In this document: piece after piece, positions 62,786 through 64,000 of the stretch | How positions within the stretch are numbered: position 1 is the stretch's first letter | How the letters are laid out: each line of letters opens with the position of its first letter | Assembly: GCA_964252035.1 (NCBI GenBank) | Contig: OZ176207.1 | Reading direction: 5' to 3' (one strand) | Length of the DNA stretch: 64,000 nt | DNA from: Podarcis erhardii | Taxonomy: Eukaryota | Notes under the pieces: model-generated | Seen by the model: only the letters and a program-made list of their open reading frames with translations | Told to the model about the DNA's origin: nothing | Database searches by the model: none | Program-made: the position numbers and the translations under genes

Positions 62786-63098
62786 GTAAGTCATGTTGCT
62801 CCTTGGTCTCAAGCTTGTTTTGTGCTGGGTTATATTTGATATCCAGTTACCTTGATATGATAACATATGTAACACTAGCTTCAGAAAGACATTATTTTCA
62901 GCAATGTTTTAGCATACTGTATTGCTATGATAGATGTAATCTTATGCATGTTGTCTTTTAAAGTTTCCAGGAGAAATGGGTGGCAGAGAGCCTGCTATTC
63001 CTAATGTCTTAATTTGGTAAATAAACAACTTCTGTAACCTTGCCTTTGTTAATGAATGTGTAGATTTTAATAAAAGTTTATATTCTCTTTATTTTTAG

Positions 63099-63153
63099 GG
63101 CACACAAATAGAACTGTCCATAGGAATTGTCCTTGGAATTTCTACTATGGCAG
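63099..63153 (+). CDS. TMEM65: TMEM65 exon 4 (gene continues beyond the window)
   Basis: AG at 63097-98, GTAAGT at 63154; 55 nt; GTQIELSIGIVLGISTMA. Confidence 0.95.
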
Positions 63154-63575
63154 GTAAGTAATCTATGCTTGACTGACTGTCCATGGCAATTTTGCTATAG
63201 CTGTCTATTAATCTATGAATATGTCTGTGCACACTAGGTAATTTTTTAAAAACTGCTGATTGATGATTGAACTTTATAGTGCCAGATGGAAATTTGGTTA
63301 CCAGATAATCTTACAGAAACCCAGTTCTTATGCAGAAACTGCACATTAAAGTTCCATGACTCTTTCTGCCATGATTTTAAAATCCTAAGCAGGCTGTGTA
63401 TAACCACAAGGAAAGGCAGCTGGGGAGAGGCTGCTTCTCTCCTCCTGTTTGTACTTCTAAATCACATTCCCTGAGCTCCATTTTCACCTGGGATGGTTAG
63501 GGGTCCTTATGGGTGAAAAAGCTGTTTGGGAAGGTGATTAGGGCTGGAAAAGATTTGGGGACAAAAGAGTTAAGG

Positions 63576-63840
63576 CATGGGTAGGCAAACTAAGGCCTGG
63601 GGCCGGATTCGGCCCAATCGCCTTCTAAATCCGGCCTACGGATCGTCCAGGAATCAGCGTGTTTTTACATGAGTAGAATGTGTCCTTTTATTTAAAATGC
63701 ACCTCTGGGTTATTTGTGGGGCCTGCCTGGTGTTTTTACATAGGAATTCGTTCACCCCCCCCCCCCAATATAGTCCGGCCCCCCACAAGGTCTGAGGGAC
63801 AGTGGACCGGCCCACCGCTGAAAAACTTTGCTGACCCCTG
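63576..63840. mobile_element. hAT-type MITE
   Basis: CATGGGTAGGCAAAC / GTTGCTGACCCCTG-like termini; 8-bp TSD AGTTAAGG / AGTTAAGC (7 of 8). Confidence 0.78.
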
Positions 63841-64000
63841 AGTTAAGCATTTCCTACATGCTTAAACAGCTCAAGAGGTTGAATCCACGCAGGAAACAGA
63901 TCTCACATTTGCCTCTTGCATTCCTAGTTTTCTCTTCTTAAATAGTTTTAACTGACACCACGACCATCATCATTACTATTATTATTAGTTTAAAGCCACT

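Overview
Vertebrate nuclear DNA, most likely a squamate (lacertid-like lizard), judged from Sauria/Squam-type SINEs, Bov-B, CR1, L2 and L1 content. Three syntenic genes are recognisable: the last two coding exons of TATDN1 (+, 1557-3737), the complete two-exon RNF139/TRC8 gene (-, 18624-4652, 668 aa), and coding exons 1-4 of TMEM65 (+, from 44872). RNF139 and TMEM65 are head-to-head across about 26 kb of repeat-dense DNA with no TRMT12-like ORF. The standout is a set of three Penelope-like (PLE) insertions, all of them fold-back hairpins. One is a 2,345-bp apparently perfect palindrome with a 1-nt spacer (19515-21859) encoding an RT-thumb/GIY-YIG fragment on both strands. Two are about 225-bp mini-hairpins (17453-17676, 43287-43515). 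All three share an 11-12 bp TSD, a 32-43 nt unpaired terminal extension, 2-3 nt junction microhomology and a minimal hammerhead ribozyme motif (degraded in the 43-kb copy), and all lie within about 0.7 kb of a CpG-island promoter. Several nested insertions with clean TSDs are also resolved. Everything was identified by eye, with no database searches, and repeat family names are recalled from consensus sequences.
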